Of a DNA stretch of 25,975 nt, positions 25,613-25,975 are shown piece by piece. The DNA is from a virus (taxonomy: Duplodnaviria > Caudoviricetes): IMG/VR virus record IMGVR_UViG_3300044769_000012, positions 1 to 25,975 of that record. One strand, given 5' to 3'. Within the stretch, counting starts at the first letter, position 1; each line of letters opens with the position of its first letter. A model generated the notes under the pieces. That model was not told the DNA's origin. It saw only the letters and a list, made by a program, of their open reading frames with translations, and did not search any database. A program made the position numbers and the translations under genes.

Positions 25613-25635
25613 TAAGGTAAAATAATTTTACCTTA
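25613..25635. promoter_or_regulatory. Perfect 23-bp palindrome, probable regulator-binding site
   Basis: TAAGGTAAAAT-A-ATTTTACCTTA, 13 nt upstream of the putative -35 box. Confidence 0.6.
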
Positions 25636-25903
25636 CGTGCGTAAGAGATAGTGAGAGAGTGAGGTTGGGCCCCACAACAGCTGGAGAGAAATACTTAGGT
25701 AGAGTTGAAAGACGTTCGGCCAGGAACCAACACTGGAAACTACGGCAAAATTATGCGGTTGGCTTGCGTGAGGTGGGTCGATCGCCGGTTTTGGGAGCCG
25801 GGCCCTTTCAGGATCACCCACAAACTGACAGAATAGGGCAGGACGTGAGGGAACTGACAACCGATGGCAGTACAGGAATGTAACTGATTGGTGGTTAGAG
25901 GGA

Positions 25904-25926
25904 GGGGAGACCATGGTGGTCTCCCC
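25904..25926. repeat. Perfect inverted repeat (10-bp arms, 3-nt loop)
   Basis: GGGGAGACCA-TGG-TGGTCTCCCC. Confidence 0.7.
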
Positions 25927-25975
25927 CTTGGGTAGGATTAGCGGCGGGTGGTTTTGGAAGGGATCTTAGCGGATG

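Larger units (their letters stand above)
1..25975 (-). mobile_element. Tailed phage (podovirus-like) virion morphogenesis module; may be a free phage or a prophage
   Basis: Co-oriented terL, portal, scaffold, capsid, nozzle, adaptor, GNAT and ejection-type genes with overlapping or adjacent stop/start codons. No tape measure, tail tube or sheath gene recognised, and no host genes. Confidence 0.95.

Noticed and set aside
157-25883. Numerous plus-strand ORFs in the track (e.g. 3839..4318, 18142..18735, 22185..22574)
   Set aside because: Nearly all are antisense shadows of well-supported minus-strand genes and show no recognisable motifs.
25820-25890. CRISPR-like mini-array
   Set aside because: The repeated core is only 6-8 nt with a period of about 30 nt, too short for repeat-spacer units, and no cas genes are present.
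25905-25913. GGGAGACCA resembles the T7 promoter initiation sequence
   Set aside because: The upstream TAATACGACTCACTATA core is absent; the sequence is simply one arm of an inverted repeat.

Overview
The window is the morphogenesis (late) operon of a tailed dsDNA phage, probably a short-tailed podovirus-like phage. All credible genes are on the minus strand and tightly coupled. Reading right to left: a non-coding control region (sigma70-like promoter, perfect palindromes), an Fn3-like gene, putative terS, a small hypothetical gene, terL, a second Fn3-like paralog with a signal peptide, a beta-helix protein, portal, a doubly overlapping gene, scaffold, a decoration-type protein, major capsid protein, a cluster of small (partly very basic) genes, several fibre/collar genes, tail nozzle, head-tail adaptor, a GNAT protein and three internal-virion/ejection-type proteins. 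The last is a giant ORF (>1563 aa, runs off the left edge, absent from the ORF track) with a HExxH metallopeptidase motif. The most unusual feature is an apparent export system: a tail-fibre-like protein and one of two paralogous, apparently permuted Fn3 proteins carry Sec-type signal peptides. Functional calls come from motif recognition and gene order only; no database searches were run. No lysis, replication, integrase, tRNA or CRISPR features were seen.
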